64,000 nucleotides of DNA from positions 38,378,001 to 38,442,000 of the forward strand of contig OX597836.1 of assembly GCA_951406725.2 (NCBI GenBank). Reading direction: 5' to 3'. Shown one piece after another: positions 1 to 12,170 of this stretch. The notes beneath the pieces are model-generated. The model searched no databases and was not told the DNA's origin. It was given only the letters and a program-made list of their open reading frames with translations. Position 1 is the stretch's first letter, and every line of letters starts with the position of its first letter. The stretch is from Octopus vulgaris (Eukaryota). The position numbers and the translations under genes were made by a program.

Positions 1-98
1 ATACATATGTATATATACATATGTATATATATACATATGTATATATACATATGTGTATATATACATATGTATATATAGGTATATATATACATATGTAT
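1..98. repeat. (ATACATATGTATAT)n microsatellite
   Basis: Direct reading of the tandem AT-rich units. Confidence 0.9.
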
Positions 99-1115
99 CA
101 TGGGTCAGATGGTAACTCCGATGGAGTAAAGTTTTTCTATGCCTGGATGCTCTTCCTTCTACCAACCTTCATCTGTTTCCAAGTAAGATAATATTTCCCT
201 TATTCTATCAAACAATAAACAGTCATTGATATACTTTCACATGAGTCTTTGTACGAATGACACTGTTTATATAAATGGTGATTCTTTGCTTTCAATCAAC
301 ACACACACACACACGTCAAAATCAGTGGGAGCATAGCTTCACCGATACATACACATGTGCAAACACACACACACACAATCAACAGGTTTTTACTAGTTTC
401 CACCTTACAAATTTCACTGACACTGTATTAATTTGTCAAACTGCAACAATTCAAGGAGATACCAGCCAACCGTGTCTCCACAGTTGGAACAGGACCTTAA
501 ACATGTTGTTCGAAAGTGAAGCCCTTAACTCAATAGCCCCATGCTGGCAATTATATAAGCAGGATAAATAAACAAGCATAATAATCTCAATGCACAACAT
601 ACCCTAACCTCAGCAGACACACAAATTGCTGTATCAAACACTGTTAGAGCCATGTAACAGATATACACACAGCCATAGGTACTTGAATGCCTTAGCTAGA
701 TGACTGACAAAAATATTGTATCACTAGAACTGGAGGAGAGAAGTAAGAAGAGTAACAGCCAAAAACTGAAGATATTATAATGAAGAAATAATAAAAAAAA
801 AAAAAATGCGTCGAAGCCATCAGGAAGCGTTGATTCTTCCTAGGGCTAAACAGCGGTGGTGTAATCCCCTACTGTCACGTTCACATTAGATTGACAGTAT
901 ACAACCATTCTATTGTCCCACCACCATACATATCTCTATGAGATATTTAGAAATTTAATATTTCTAATTAATATTTCATTAGAACTGAATTAAAATTTTT
1001 CACAGTCAACAGAAACAATATTTATTTCTAATTTCTGTGGCTCCCAGTGGATGAGAAACAAATATCCTCATGGAGAGGATACCAATCTGTAATTAACAGG
1101 TGTTTTCGTTTCGGT

Positions 1116-1308
1116 TACTCTTACTTGTTTCAGTCATTTGACTGTGGCCATGCTGGAGCACCGCCTTTAATTGAGCAACTCGACCCCGGGACTTATTCTT
1201 TGTAAGCCTAGTACTTAATCTATCAGTCTCTTTTGCCAAACCGCTAAGTTACGGTGACGTAAACACCCCAGCATTGGTTGTCAAGCGATGTTGGAGAGAC
1301 AAACACAA

Positions 1309-1345
<37 letters not shown>

Positions 1346-1503
1346 CGACAGGCTTCTTTCAGTTTCAGCCTACCAAATCCACCCACAAGGCTTTGGTCGG
1401 CCCGAGGCTATAGTAGAAGACACTTGCCCAAGGTGCCATGCAGTGGGACTGAACCCGGAACCATGTGGCTGGGAAGCAAGCTACTTACCACACAGCCACT
1501 CCT
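1116..1503 (-). mobile_element. SINE family A (tRNA-like head, CORE-like box, central CA/TA microsatellite, tail ending GACTGAAACAAGTAAAAGAG)
   Basis: Matches many other copies in the window. Head GGAGTGGCTGTGTGGTAAG...GGTTCAGTCCC carries Pol III A/B-box-like motifs. Confidence 0.85.
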
Positions 1504-1524
1504 ATTAATGTGTTCAATGTAAGA

Positions 1525-1566
1525 CACCTGAAGAAGGCTGGAGCATACAACAGCTGAAATGTTGTG
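1525..1566 (+). ncRNA. Degenerate minimal type I hammerhead-ribozyme-like motif
   Basis: CAC-CTGAAGA-A-GGCTG(10-nt loop)CAGCT-GAAA-TG-TT-GTG: core, helix II and a 3-bp helix I are present. Confidence 0.4.
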
Positions 1567-1657
1567 AAATCAACAACCAAGAGGAGGAAACCAGTCTGGT
1601 TAATATAAACAATATACATGATTATGATGATATTATTATTATCATCATTATTATTAC

Positions 1658-1860
1658 TAAGGTCATGAGCAGGCAGAATTGTTAGCTTGCCAGGTGAAAT
1701 GCTTAGGGGTATTTTGCCCATCGCTACGTTCTGAGTTCAAATTCTGCCAAGGTCGACTTTGCTTTTCATTCTTTCGTGGTCGATAAATTAAGTGCCAGTT
1801 AAATACTGACTATTCACCGCCCCCAAATTTCTGTCCTTGTGCCTATAGTAGAAAAGATTA
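1658..1860 (+). mobile_element. SINE family B (Meta-domain-like core GCCTTTCATCCTTTCGGGGTCGATAAATTAAGTACCAG)
   Basis: Similar to many copies in the window; B-box-like GAGTTCAAATTC. Confidence 0.8.
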
Positions 1861-2215
1861 TTATTATTATTATTATCATCATCATCTCTCTCTCTCTCAC
1901 AATAAAGCAAAATGTAAATAATACCACAATTTGATGGTGATACCTTCTGGTCACCAGCAATTAATACAACTAAAATACATCATAGAATATATAAATATTT
2001 CAAGTAAAAGACACACACTTTCACTATATCTATATCTATCTATATCTGTATATATCTATATCTATATATCTATCTATCTCTCTATATATATATAACCACA
2101 CAGCTAAGATACACACTAAATATTTGCCATTTCATTCTGATAGGAGGAATGGACAGAAAATTTTCAAAGAAGTTAGAAAATTAGACTGGAAATCATACAT
2201 AAACACATGACATTG

Positions 2216-2568
2216 TGGTGATCTCATTCTTGCTCACAACATCATAAGCGGAAAGTGTAACCTCTCGAAAGAGCTGTTCTTCACTCCTACTCCAGAGCGT
2301 CGGCTGCGGAGTCATTCCGAAAAGCTCTATCTACGACGATTTCATCTCAATCGAAGGAGAGGGGCTTTCTCCGTCCGGGTTGCAGATCCGTGGAATAAGC
2401 TGCTGGACAAGATAGTGAAGATGCCGACGACCGCTCGGTTCAAAGTCTCCCTTGACCACAAATGGCCTGAACTCTTTACATGAACACCCTCCCTGTACGT
2501 AACTCCATGTCCCCCTACATGGCCTTGGTTTTTGGCTTTTTGAGCCAAAAAATTAACTAACTAACTAA
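2216..2568 (+). mobile_element. CR1-type LINE 3' fragment
   Basis: Translates GDLILAHNII...RLRSHSEKL...RRGAFSVRVADPWNKL...FKVSLD, typical of the CR1 ORF2 C-terminus. Ends in a (TAAC)n tail. Confidence 0.8.
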
Positions 2569-2769
2569 CATACATGTTCATATATCTGTGTGTATGCACA
2601 CGCATACATGTAAAAATGCATATTTGAATTAGTATATACACGATAATCTGTATATAATATATATACATATGTATGTATATGTGCATATGTATGGGTATAT
2701 TATATAGATGCACGTATATATGTATATACAAATATTTATACACTCTCTGTCACATTAGTCTTTCATCAT

Positions 2770-3115
2770 ATGACACAAGACCACTTCCTCTAATGCCTCA
2801 TCTCCTCACAAAATTTCTTTGTCTTGTCAAATTACTTGGTGACCCTGCCAGTGCTGGTGCCACATAAAATGCATCCAGTCCCCACTGAAGTGGTTGACAT
2901 TTGAAAGGGCATCCAGCTGTAAAAACCATGCCAAAACTGACTTCGCCTGTGCTGGTGCCATGTAAAACATTCTACAGGGTGGTTGGTGTTAGGAAGGGCA
3001 TCCAGCTGTAAAAACCATGCCAAAGCAGACACAGTTGCCTAGTGTAGCCTTCTACCTGACCAGCTCCTGTTAAACCGTCCAACCCATGGAAAGTGGATGT
3101 TAAGGGATGATGATA
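2770..3115 (+). mobile_element. Short repeat family D (GTTAGGAAGGGCATCCAGCTGTA motif, (GAT)n tail); probably an RTE-tail-related retroposon
   Basis: Shares sequence with 17843, 41440, 50325, 61420 and 63521. The core motif is internally duplicated. Confidence 0.7.
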
Positions 3116-3116
3116 T

Positions 3117-3158
<42 letters not shown>

Positions 3159-3846
3159 TGTTACATAGGAATTTACAAACTTTCACAGATATGAACTGAA
3201 TTGTTTTTAATGGTGGAAAGTAGATAAAGTTATAAATACAATTATATAGAATATCAGGTTAAAAAACCCTTTGGATTGAAAGAGTCTATCTTCTGTAAAC
3301 ATTACAGGTGTTCTAATACTATACCAGAGAAACCAGTCCATTTAGAAGCTTTGTTCTTACCAGCAAGAATTGTTTGTTGTTTACATAAATAAGAAATTAG
3401 AAACTTTGAAGAATATGAAATAAATTGTTTTTAATAGTGGAACTAGTATATTGGGTTAAAAGATCCTATTGATGGAAAATGTTGAAAGCTGCCTTGAGAC
3501 TCAAACCCACATCTACTATTTTATCAAAATAATTTTAAAAGGATTCTCGCTGACAAGAACAAATCTTCTCAAATGAGTGGAGGAAAGTTGAAGGACTGAA
3601 TTGGTATAATTGTAGAACAGCAGTCATGTTTAAAGAAGATGTGCATTTGAGCTCCATATGCAGCCTTTGTTAAAAAAAAATCCCTTGGATTGAAAAACCA
3701 ATATCCTAAATGCTATTATTTATAGCTCTATCCACTTCAGGTTACATGGTTACAAATGACTTTTTCATACATTCATACATACATATATACACATACATAT
3801 ATATATATATATGTGCACACACACTTATTTACATATATACATATCC

Positions 3847-3883
<37 letters not shown>

Positions 3884-5279
3884 TGCAACAAAATCAAAAC
3901 AAATATGGTTAGTATTAATGATAAAAACAAATTTGCAAAATCCTAACAAACCGACACACATTAAAACATTAAGAAACGAAACCTAATCAACAACAAATTT
4001 TTATCATCCATGCCCTATAATCAATTAACTTATGAAGCAAGCTAAAACTGCACTCAGACCAGTTCAAAACAATAGAAGAACCCAGCTAATATGAAGATCA
4101 AAATATATGATGACATTGAAATGATGAGAATATAAGTTACAAAAAAGCTCACAGTAAAAAACATATACAAATAGACAAACATTTGAAACACAGACATCCC
4201 ATAGTCAGCTGCCTATCAGAAATCAGTATGGTTTTGACACCTGTGCACCAATCAATCCAAAAGCATCAAAAATATATTACTTAGGAATGACAGACCCAAG
4301 ACAGGGGTCAGACATAAGTTCAATGTGCTCATTGAGGTGACACTTGATTAAGGTTACTAAGCACAAATATAAACATACAAAAAGACCATGATGGAGGGAG
4401 GGCCATTTCCACTTAATGAACTATAAAAGAATAAAAACATATGAGCCATTTCAGAATATAGCCATTAAACATTGATTAAATAAAGAAAATAAACTAAAAT
4501 GGACATTGCCACCTGAAGAAGTGTAAAACAAAAATTAACTAAATATAGCAAATTGAAATTACTAAATCAATTAGATATGGAAAAAATATTTAAACGGTTA
4601 ACATTCCTTTCAGACAAAATAAAAAGATTCCCTTATAAATGGCAACATATAACTCTCAAATAATACGAAAAAAATCTGTCACAGAACTACAGCTATTTAC
4701 TTTATAAACTAATTAAATTAAAGAAAAGAAACTAAACAGACATTGTCACCTAACGAACTATAACATAATTAAAAATAAGTTAAATGATTCAAACAAAAGT
4801 TACTTAACAAAAAATTTATTTAAATAAGTTACTAAATATACACACGAGTTACATATGGAAAATATAACCAAAAGAACAACATACCTCCGTTAACATGAAA
4901 CAACTTCTTGCATATATAAGAACAAAGAAAGTTCTTACATGGTACCAAAACAAGAAGAGTCTAGATATACAGCCTATCTCAACTCATGTAAGACCAAATG
5001 AAGCTTACAAATCGAAGTCCAGAAAGAACCACCCTAACAGAAGTGATGATGTACATGACAAAACCTGATCACACACAAAACCTCTCCAAATACAGCAGCT
5101 TTAGAATGCAAGCTGATCAGACATATTCCAACTGCAAACCATCAGAACTTAATATCAGCACAAAGAAGTGAAGTTACTCATTTCAAATATTTTTTCACTA
5201 AGTTACAAACTTGAAATTACACCAAAATTTTAAAATATATTATCATGTCTCCCCAAGCAACAAGTGAAATTTTTAATCA

Positions 5280-6810
5280 ACTGCTTATTTACATAACCAC
5301 GTTTTCCCAAAAGCTTCTTCAATCATCTGACTTTATAAATATACCTACATTATTTATCATTCCATCATACCTTAGAACCCGACTGCAGAACATGTTCTAA
5401 CCCGTCTTTCTAATGGAATTCAGATCATTACCGAGGGAATAGACACTATATCAAAATCAAAGCTATTAGTAACGTTAGTAACAACTTTATTATTAATACA
5501 AACTACTGTTATGTCTAAATAATTAACTTTATTTACTGTTAGCAACAAGATCTCCAGAGTATATTTTTCAAGTAAATTTTCAAAAACTTGTAATTAGTGA
5601 TAAAAATATCAGCTACATGACTGCAGCAACAACTAAGCAGTTTAAACTAAACTTACCATTTTCCGTTGACATAAATCACTGAGTAAACACAATTTGCATG
5701 AAAATAAACATGTGTCTGCTAACAAAGGGTTACAGTAACAACCCATAGGAATGCCTTTAACTTGTTTGAATATCCTAAAAACAAAAGCAATATATATGCA
5801 TTTTTAATAATAAAGCTAACCATTTCCTTTAATTTCTCTTTAGATAAATTCATTAAAATAATTACACTTAATCCTGGATAGAAAACCATGACCATTTTTA
5901 ATGATGATATATTTAGAATCCTTACCAAACATTAATTATTCTATAAATTCCTTCCTCTACCAATTCAAATCTAGACTGATATACAATGTAGAAAAATTAG
6001 ATACATGCATAATTCAAAACATTTTAAAGTCTATTTAAATCTCTTTCCTGAACTTAAGACTCCAGAATATGCTGACATCTAAATTATAATAATTTTTTTT
6101 GTACTTCATGAGGTCTGATCTAATGACATTCTATGTCCCATTAACTAAAATAGACAGCTTTTCATTGATATATTTCCTAGCTTCTGCAATAAACCTATTT
6201 GAGACCTTATGCAATTTTGGAACCCCTCCAAAATATTTTAGGAAATATCGTTCTCCTCCTCCACCACATAAAAGTCATTTAACCTTTTCATCCCATGGAT
6301 TAACTTCCATATAAACTCCTCATACTCTCAACTACCACTACATACATAACCATTAAAGTCAATCCTAACCTTTACCTAGCCTCTTTATATAGTATTTTTT
6401 ACATACAATCAAAAAGTTACCTGCTGGTACTACAATGGATTTCTCTCTTGATGTATCAATATATTTCTTTACATCATGCTCACCCAAAATCAACTCCTTT
6501 CTTATGATCCAACCCAACTTTCTAGTTCACTCCAAATTTAATCTAGTCACTTGCTTTCTACAACCACCAAAACCATTTTTCTTATCCTTGTACTTATGAC
6601 TTAAATTAACCACAAAAGCTTCAACTGATCCTAGGATTATCTCCACCAATTTATTCCTGCTTATCTCACCAGGCTCTATGTATTTGATATCCTCCTTCAA
6701 TAGCCATCTAAAGTTATCATTTAAGATGACATTCAAATCATCTGCATAAATATGTCCTGCTTCATGGTGGCAGAAATCAGACTTAGTGTAACCTGTACTG
6801 TTGAGACAGA
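5280..6810 (-). pseudogene. Decayed Penelope-like retroelement reverse transcriptase (Naiad-type motifs)
   Basis: Minus-strand peptides in order: SDFCHHEAGHIYADDLNVILNDNFRWLLKEDIKYIEP; SIVVPAG..VCKKYYI; FKQVKGIPMGCYCNPLLAD (5770-5715); degenerate catalytic HVADI; FDFDIVSIP. Multiple stops and frameshifts. Confidence 0.75.
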
Positions 6811-7033
6811 CCTCTGTGAGATCTCACAGGCCTATTTTGGACAAATATTAAACAACCAGTAATAGAGCCTAGTTTATAACAAACATGTAAGTTCTTACCT
6901 TTAACTCAAACTGGCAAAAGATTAAGTATTTTCTTATCTTCAATTATCATGCTGGAATAAATTATATTAGATTCTCAAACAAAAGCACTACCATGTATTC
7001 AATCTGATTCTACTTGCCTTTCTCCAAGCCTTA

Positions 7034-7233
7034 TTAACCCTTTAGTGTTTAAACCAGCCATATCCGGCTCAAATACTCTACCTATTTTATAGTGAAACCA
7101 ACCAGAGCCAGCCTCTTGTATGCAATCACATCATCAAAATTTTGAACCTACGAGACAATGCATGATTGAGTCAAAACAGTGTGAATAAATAAAAATGACA
7201 TTTGATAAAATAGTCTGAATGCTAAATGGTCAA
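7034..7233. mobile_element. piggyBac-like MITE (TTAA-CCCTTTAG termini)
   Basis: TTAACCCTTTAGTGTTTAAAC at the left end and a degenerate inverted copy GTCTGAATGCTAAATGGTCAA at the right. Related sequence at ~20270-20890, 25490-25559 and 58350-58568. Confidence 0.55.
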
Positions 7234-7903
7234 ATTAACCAATTGCAAAAATTAATTAAAAATAAAAACCTGTTAAATTACTAATGCATAAACTCAATAC
7301 ATTTTTTATTTCTGAAATATAGAAAAAGAATGACATCCTAACAAAACCTAACATTTACGATATTCCTTCTCAGTAGACAGTAATTTTAAAGCCCTTCTCA
7401 CATTCCAGGTATGTTCCTTGACTTTGTTACATTACTCTTTCACTGTGGCTCTGTGACTTGCATCCTTACACTTTCCAAATCTACCTCTATGCTCTCTAAA
7501 ATCTTCATATACACATTGATCTCTGCCATGTTTAGATGCTCACCTATGTCACTTAAGATGTTGATGTCATGCCTGAGTTGTCTGACCTATACACTCCATT
7601 CCTCACTCCTTAGTGTATTACATAAACGATGTTATGTGACTAGCAATTAAAAGACAAACCATAATTAAAAACAAAATTTTTACCATTACATTTCTTGCAA
7701 ACACATTATCACATATGAAAACATATGTTTATTTTTGTGTATGTGTATATACATACATATGTAATTGTGTATACATGTATGTGTATATATTTGTGTGTGT
7801 GTATAGAACTCAGGCTTTGAGTGACTTGGTAATTTATGCAGAGATTAAAAATAATATAAATTATATATACTCCTGTACTGGGTTTTGTTTTTATATATAT
7901 ATA

Positions 7904-7951
<48 letters not shown>

Positions 7952-8137
7952 TGCTTATGTGTGTTGCCTGTATGAATGTGTGTGTACACATGTATTTATA
8001 CATACATACATATACACACAAACACACACAGAGTCTGTCTCATAAGTTTAGAGCTGAAGACAGAAACTTGAAAACTTCAGTATTTGCGAAGAATATTTGA
8101 TGAAAGAACAGTTGAAGTTAAAACACAGACACCACTA

Positions 8138-8181
<44 letters not shown>

Positions 8182-8233
8182 CATATGTGTGTGTGTGTGT
8201 GCATGTGAAGACACATAAATGCTGTAGACTTAC

Positions 8234-8361
8234 ATATAAGTGTTTTTAGATTTGACCTAAACATTTCTTTGATGAAACACGATACAAGTGCTCTTCACAA
8301 AAGATACTAAACTGGTGTTCTCACGATTCTATCTTCAGTTTTAAATTTGTTACACATTCCC
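8234..8361 (-). other. Candidate spliced exon (non-coding, or alternative short C-terminus)
   Basis: Minus strand shows tactgaa + long T run + gtcgcAG acceptor (AG at 8363-8362) and AT|GTAAGT donor (GT at 8233-8232). 128 nt, with stops in all three frames. Confidence 0.4.
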
Positions 8362-9079
8362 CTGCGACAAAAAAAAAAAAAAAAAATTCAGTAAGTATTC
8401 AATTTTGTTCTCTTTTTCAATGCTTCTCTGTATTTCAATTATTTCTTTCAAATGTGAATACTCTTTGCTAGTTAGCTACCAAAAGTTTCTCTTTAACAAC
8501 CAGTATTGCGGTTAACATTCAATATTTATATCACACACGTACAAGATCTGCGTTACTCAATATTATCACAACAAATAGCTACCTTCATTGTTGTTCATTA
8601 CAGTATATTTAGTGTGTAGAAGACGAACAGTGCTATGTCGCAAACCACTCAGACGTTTCACGATGAGGTCAGTGGGTGAGATAAGTTCTCCATACACCAT
8701 CACAGACAAACGGATGTTGACTGCCAGTTACCAACAATATAATGATGTAGGAATGGAAGTACTAGAAAATTCTATTCTTTGTCTTCAGTTTGATCCTTGA
8801 TATTCAAATAATATATCTGTACACATGCCACACATGTTTATATATGCATGTGCACACATACACACACACAGATATATATATATATATACATATGCCCACC
8901 CACACACACACATATGTACATACACACACTCATGCACACACACATTCACCCGCGCACATTCCACAGAACATCTTTCAATTATATTTTATAGACTCCCCTC
9001 AATTATCATTTTGGTTCAGTTTCGACCCCTAATACATATATTGTGACATTTAGAGCGACCCAATGTTTACAACTTGAAT

Positions 9080-9624
9080 TCAAAGACAAGAACTTTGGCT
9101 CTGAAGTTCATTGACATTTAAAAGCTGGATGCCACAAGAGTCCAATTCTGTACCACCCCTGTATGGTTCTTTCTGTTGTTGCTGTTGTAATCTGAAGTGT
9201 TTTTGCCTTTGTGATTGTGATTGTGGTTGTGGTTGTTTTTGTAGCTGCAATTGTTTTTGTGGCTGTGGTTGAGGAAGATATGATTGGCTTTGTTTTTGTT
9301 GTTCTTGTTCATATAAAGTACACTGTAACAATTCGTTTTGTTTTTGTTGTTGATACATATAAAATGGATTGAGTGGCAATAATGGTGGTTCTTGTTCTAG
9401 TTTGTTTTTTTCTTGTTGTATTTGTTCTAACGTAGCTGCATGTGTTTGTTGCTGTTGTTGCTTGTCGTGTTCGTTAAACGGCTGCCTATTTCTCTGCTGA
9501 AAGGGGTAATGTTCCGTGTTCTGCTTTGGTGGTGGTTGCAGCAACCGATGATTGTAGGTCTGTGGTTTCACTTCTATTATTCCAGACATTGTCTGAGCAC
9601 TATAATCTGGATTTACCGACAAAT
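9080..9624 (-). CDS. Probable terminal coding exon of an unidentified host gene; Gln/Pro-rich low-complexity C-terminal tail ending QSQSSCL
   Basis: Open frame of ~180 codons outside any repeat. On the minus strand it is preceded by a long pyrimidine tract and acceptor (tttttttgtgtttctctttccAG|ATTTGTCGG; AG at 9626-9625, phase 1). TGA stop at 9082-9080. No domain recognised. Confidence 0.7.
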
Positions 9625-9744
9625 CTGGAAAGAGAAACACAAAAAAAAAAAGAGAAAAAAAATTAATTAAGTCATTTTAAAACAATACATAATAAACACA
9701 TAATTTAACTGAAAATCAATTTTAAGACATTAACCAGCATGGCT

Positions 9745-9875
9745 CGTTACTGGAACTTAGTGGAGCTTTAGGTGTTATCGCTCAATAAACACTCACAACG
9801 CCCAGTCTGGGAATCGAAACCGCGATCCTACGACTGCGAGTCCGCTGCCCTAACCACTGGGCCATTGCACCTCCA
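9745..9875 (-). mobile_element. SINE family C-related tRNA-like head only
   Basis: GGAGGTGCAATGGCCCAGTGGTTAGGGCAGCGGACTCG...GGTTTCGATTCC, as in the copy at 19053. Confidence 0.75.
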
Positions 9876-10240
9876 TATATATATATATATATATATATGT
9901 CAGAGAGACCAGGAAACTAGCCCTAAGCTCATTATAGAGCTATGTGGAATAACCACGTCAATGATATGTGATACATAGAGACCATAATGACCGACAACAA
10001 TACAATAGTATGGGGCACTGGGGCACATAGACCAGGTAGTCACTTGCAAAATTTTAGCTGTCACAGCAGAATGTTTAGTCGGTAGCAACCAGAAAAAAAA
10101 AAAAACTGCAGAAATATTTTATCATAAGCAAATTTGCAACTTCCATTCTAGAGATACAAAGTTCTTATAGTTGATACTGCTTCGTAATTCTGAGCTAGTT
10201 ATTCACATGAATGTGATGATAATAGTAGTAACAATTATAT

Positions 10241-10365
10241 GTTTTTTTATTACCCACAAGGGGCTAAGCATAAAGGGGACAAACAAGGACAGACAAAGGG
10301 ATTAAGTCGATTACATCGACCCCAGTGCGTAACTAGTACTTAATTTATCGACCCCGAAAGGATGA
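10241..10365 (-). mobile_element. SINE family B, 5'-truncated
   Basis: Family B 3' half, flanked by a repeated TAGTAACAATTATA. Confidence 0.8.
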
Positions 10366-10892
10366 AAATAGTAACAATTATAGATTTACAAATCGCATAT
10401 GATGTAGACTGAAGTTAAGATCTTCAAACAGAAATACCGAAATCGTAAACTTAATACCCGGCCACCCTGCAAGACGTACTCTCCCAATCAAACACAATTC
10501 TTTGGTTAAATGGGTGGTGGTGATAGCATTTCAGTTGGAGATAAACTATTACTCTTACTTGTGAAAATAATTTCAATATCTGGTTTCCTTTTTAATCAAC
10601 TAAGCTTAAAGAATAATTAGTTTCTACTGGGGAACTTAGTGTGATATTGTAAGAGCAAAGGCTGACACAATGTGGTGATCAGGTTAATTATACGCATATC
10701 TAGGGGAGATAATCGTTGTTGAACAATTCTTTATTAAATTCAACAAAGGCATGGGAGCCAACTCTGCATAAAAATATTTTTTTTTCGTGAAAAAGAGACA
10801 AAAATATTGAAGGAACATAGAAGAATTGTTGAAAAAACAAAAACACCAGGAAGCTAAACTTCTGGATATCCATAGTCACAACATCGAATATA

Positions 10893-11112
10893 TATTTCTT
10901 TATTACCCACAAGGGGCTAAACACAGAGGGGACAAACAAGGACAGACAAACGGATTAAGTCGATTACATCGACCTCAGTGCGTAACTGGTACTTAATTTA
11001 TCGACCCCGAAAGGATGAAAGGCGGAATTTGAACTCGGAACGTAACGACAGACGGAATACGGCAACGCAGTTCGCCCAGCGTGCTAACGTTTCTGCCTAC
11101 TCGCCGCCTTAA
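10893..11112 (-). mobile_element. SINE family B with 15-bp TSD
   Basis: ACAACATCGAATATA at 10878-10892 and 11114-11128. Confidence 0.9.
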
Positions 11113-11304
11113 GACAACATCGAATATAGTAAATGTTTAAAGTCACCACACAGAATATAGTCAACTTGTATATTAGTCATACATTTCGAGTTATCCACCC
11201 TGTTACTAATACTAACCATTTCCATCCCCAAACACTATATTTTTATTTCTATTAATTAGGGAGAGGGAGGGCCAGTGTACATTAACTTTATTGTTCTTCC
11301 TAAG

Positions 11305-11830
11305 CTAAGGATTGAATCACTCCAGAGGGCATTCACTAAACGAATTGAAGGCATGACTGCTCTCAATTATTGGGACCGCCTTAAAGCCTTGAAACTCTAC
11401 TCTCTCCAGCGCCGCTGCGAGCGGTACATCATTTGTATGATGTGGAGAATATACCGCCAGCATTGCCTAAACGACCTGAATATTAGTTTCAAGGTTCATT
11501 CAAGGCTGGGACTACGGGCCATACGTCCCCTGCCCAATTCAGGATCATAGTATATAGGTACACTGCAATATAATTTCTTTTCCTCAACAGGCCGAAAGAG
11601 ATCAAAGAGGAAAAGGATCTCATCACCTTTAAACGGAGTCTGGACAAATTTCTTCAAGGAATACCGGATAAGCCACCCATACCTGGATACAACTCACTCA
11701 ACAAAAACTCACTACTTGAATGGACCATAAACAAAACTTGACTTAAACAGGATTTAGATAATCCTATCAGATGGTGCTATTAAGTTAGACATGGCCTGGA
11801 CCAATCTTTAGTCGAAACATATCTAAGTTT
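11305..11830 (+). mobile_element. CR1-clade LINE 3' fragment
   Basis: IESLQRAFTKRIEGM..LNYWDRLKALKLYSLQRR.ERY..I, followed by FKRSLDKFLQGIPDKP. Confidence 0.85.
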
Positions 11831-12170
11831 ATTGCAATCAATATGATTAATATTCAATTAGAGCTTCTATGGCCATTCACAAATACATGGCTTGCAGATT
11901 TGCTGAGGAGTGACTGGAGAGATAGGGATCTGGGATCAAGTAGCATTAAATATAGGAGGAGAGGCAATCAATCTGAATCACTGTGGCTTTTTTAAAAGTC
12001 AAATGGATGAGATGTGCTGCAATTCTATCCTTTATACTGTATCTTATCTTATATATAAGCACTATTTCATTGTGAGATGCATTTCCTCAGAGGGTCACCC
12101 ACTGAGCAAGGCTAAATTATTTTCTGGTTTTTGAAGAGAGTAGAAACAGTTTTCTCAATGTTATGACATT

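Noticed and set aside
5415-5430. In-frame TGA in the PLE RT as possible selenocysteine (reported in some Naiads)
   Set aside because: The element has many other stops and frameshifts, the codon is not at an evident Cys position, and no SECIS was recognised.
6895-6915. 12-nt minus-strand microexon (ccAG|TTTGAGTTAAAG|GTAAGA)
   Set aside because: The pyrimidine tract is weak; this is expected by chance.
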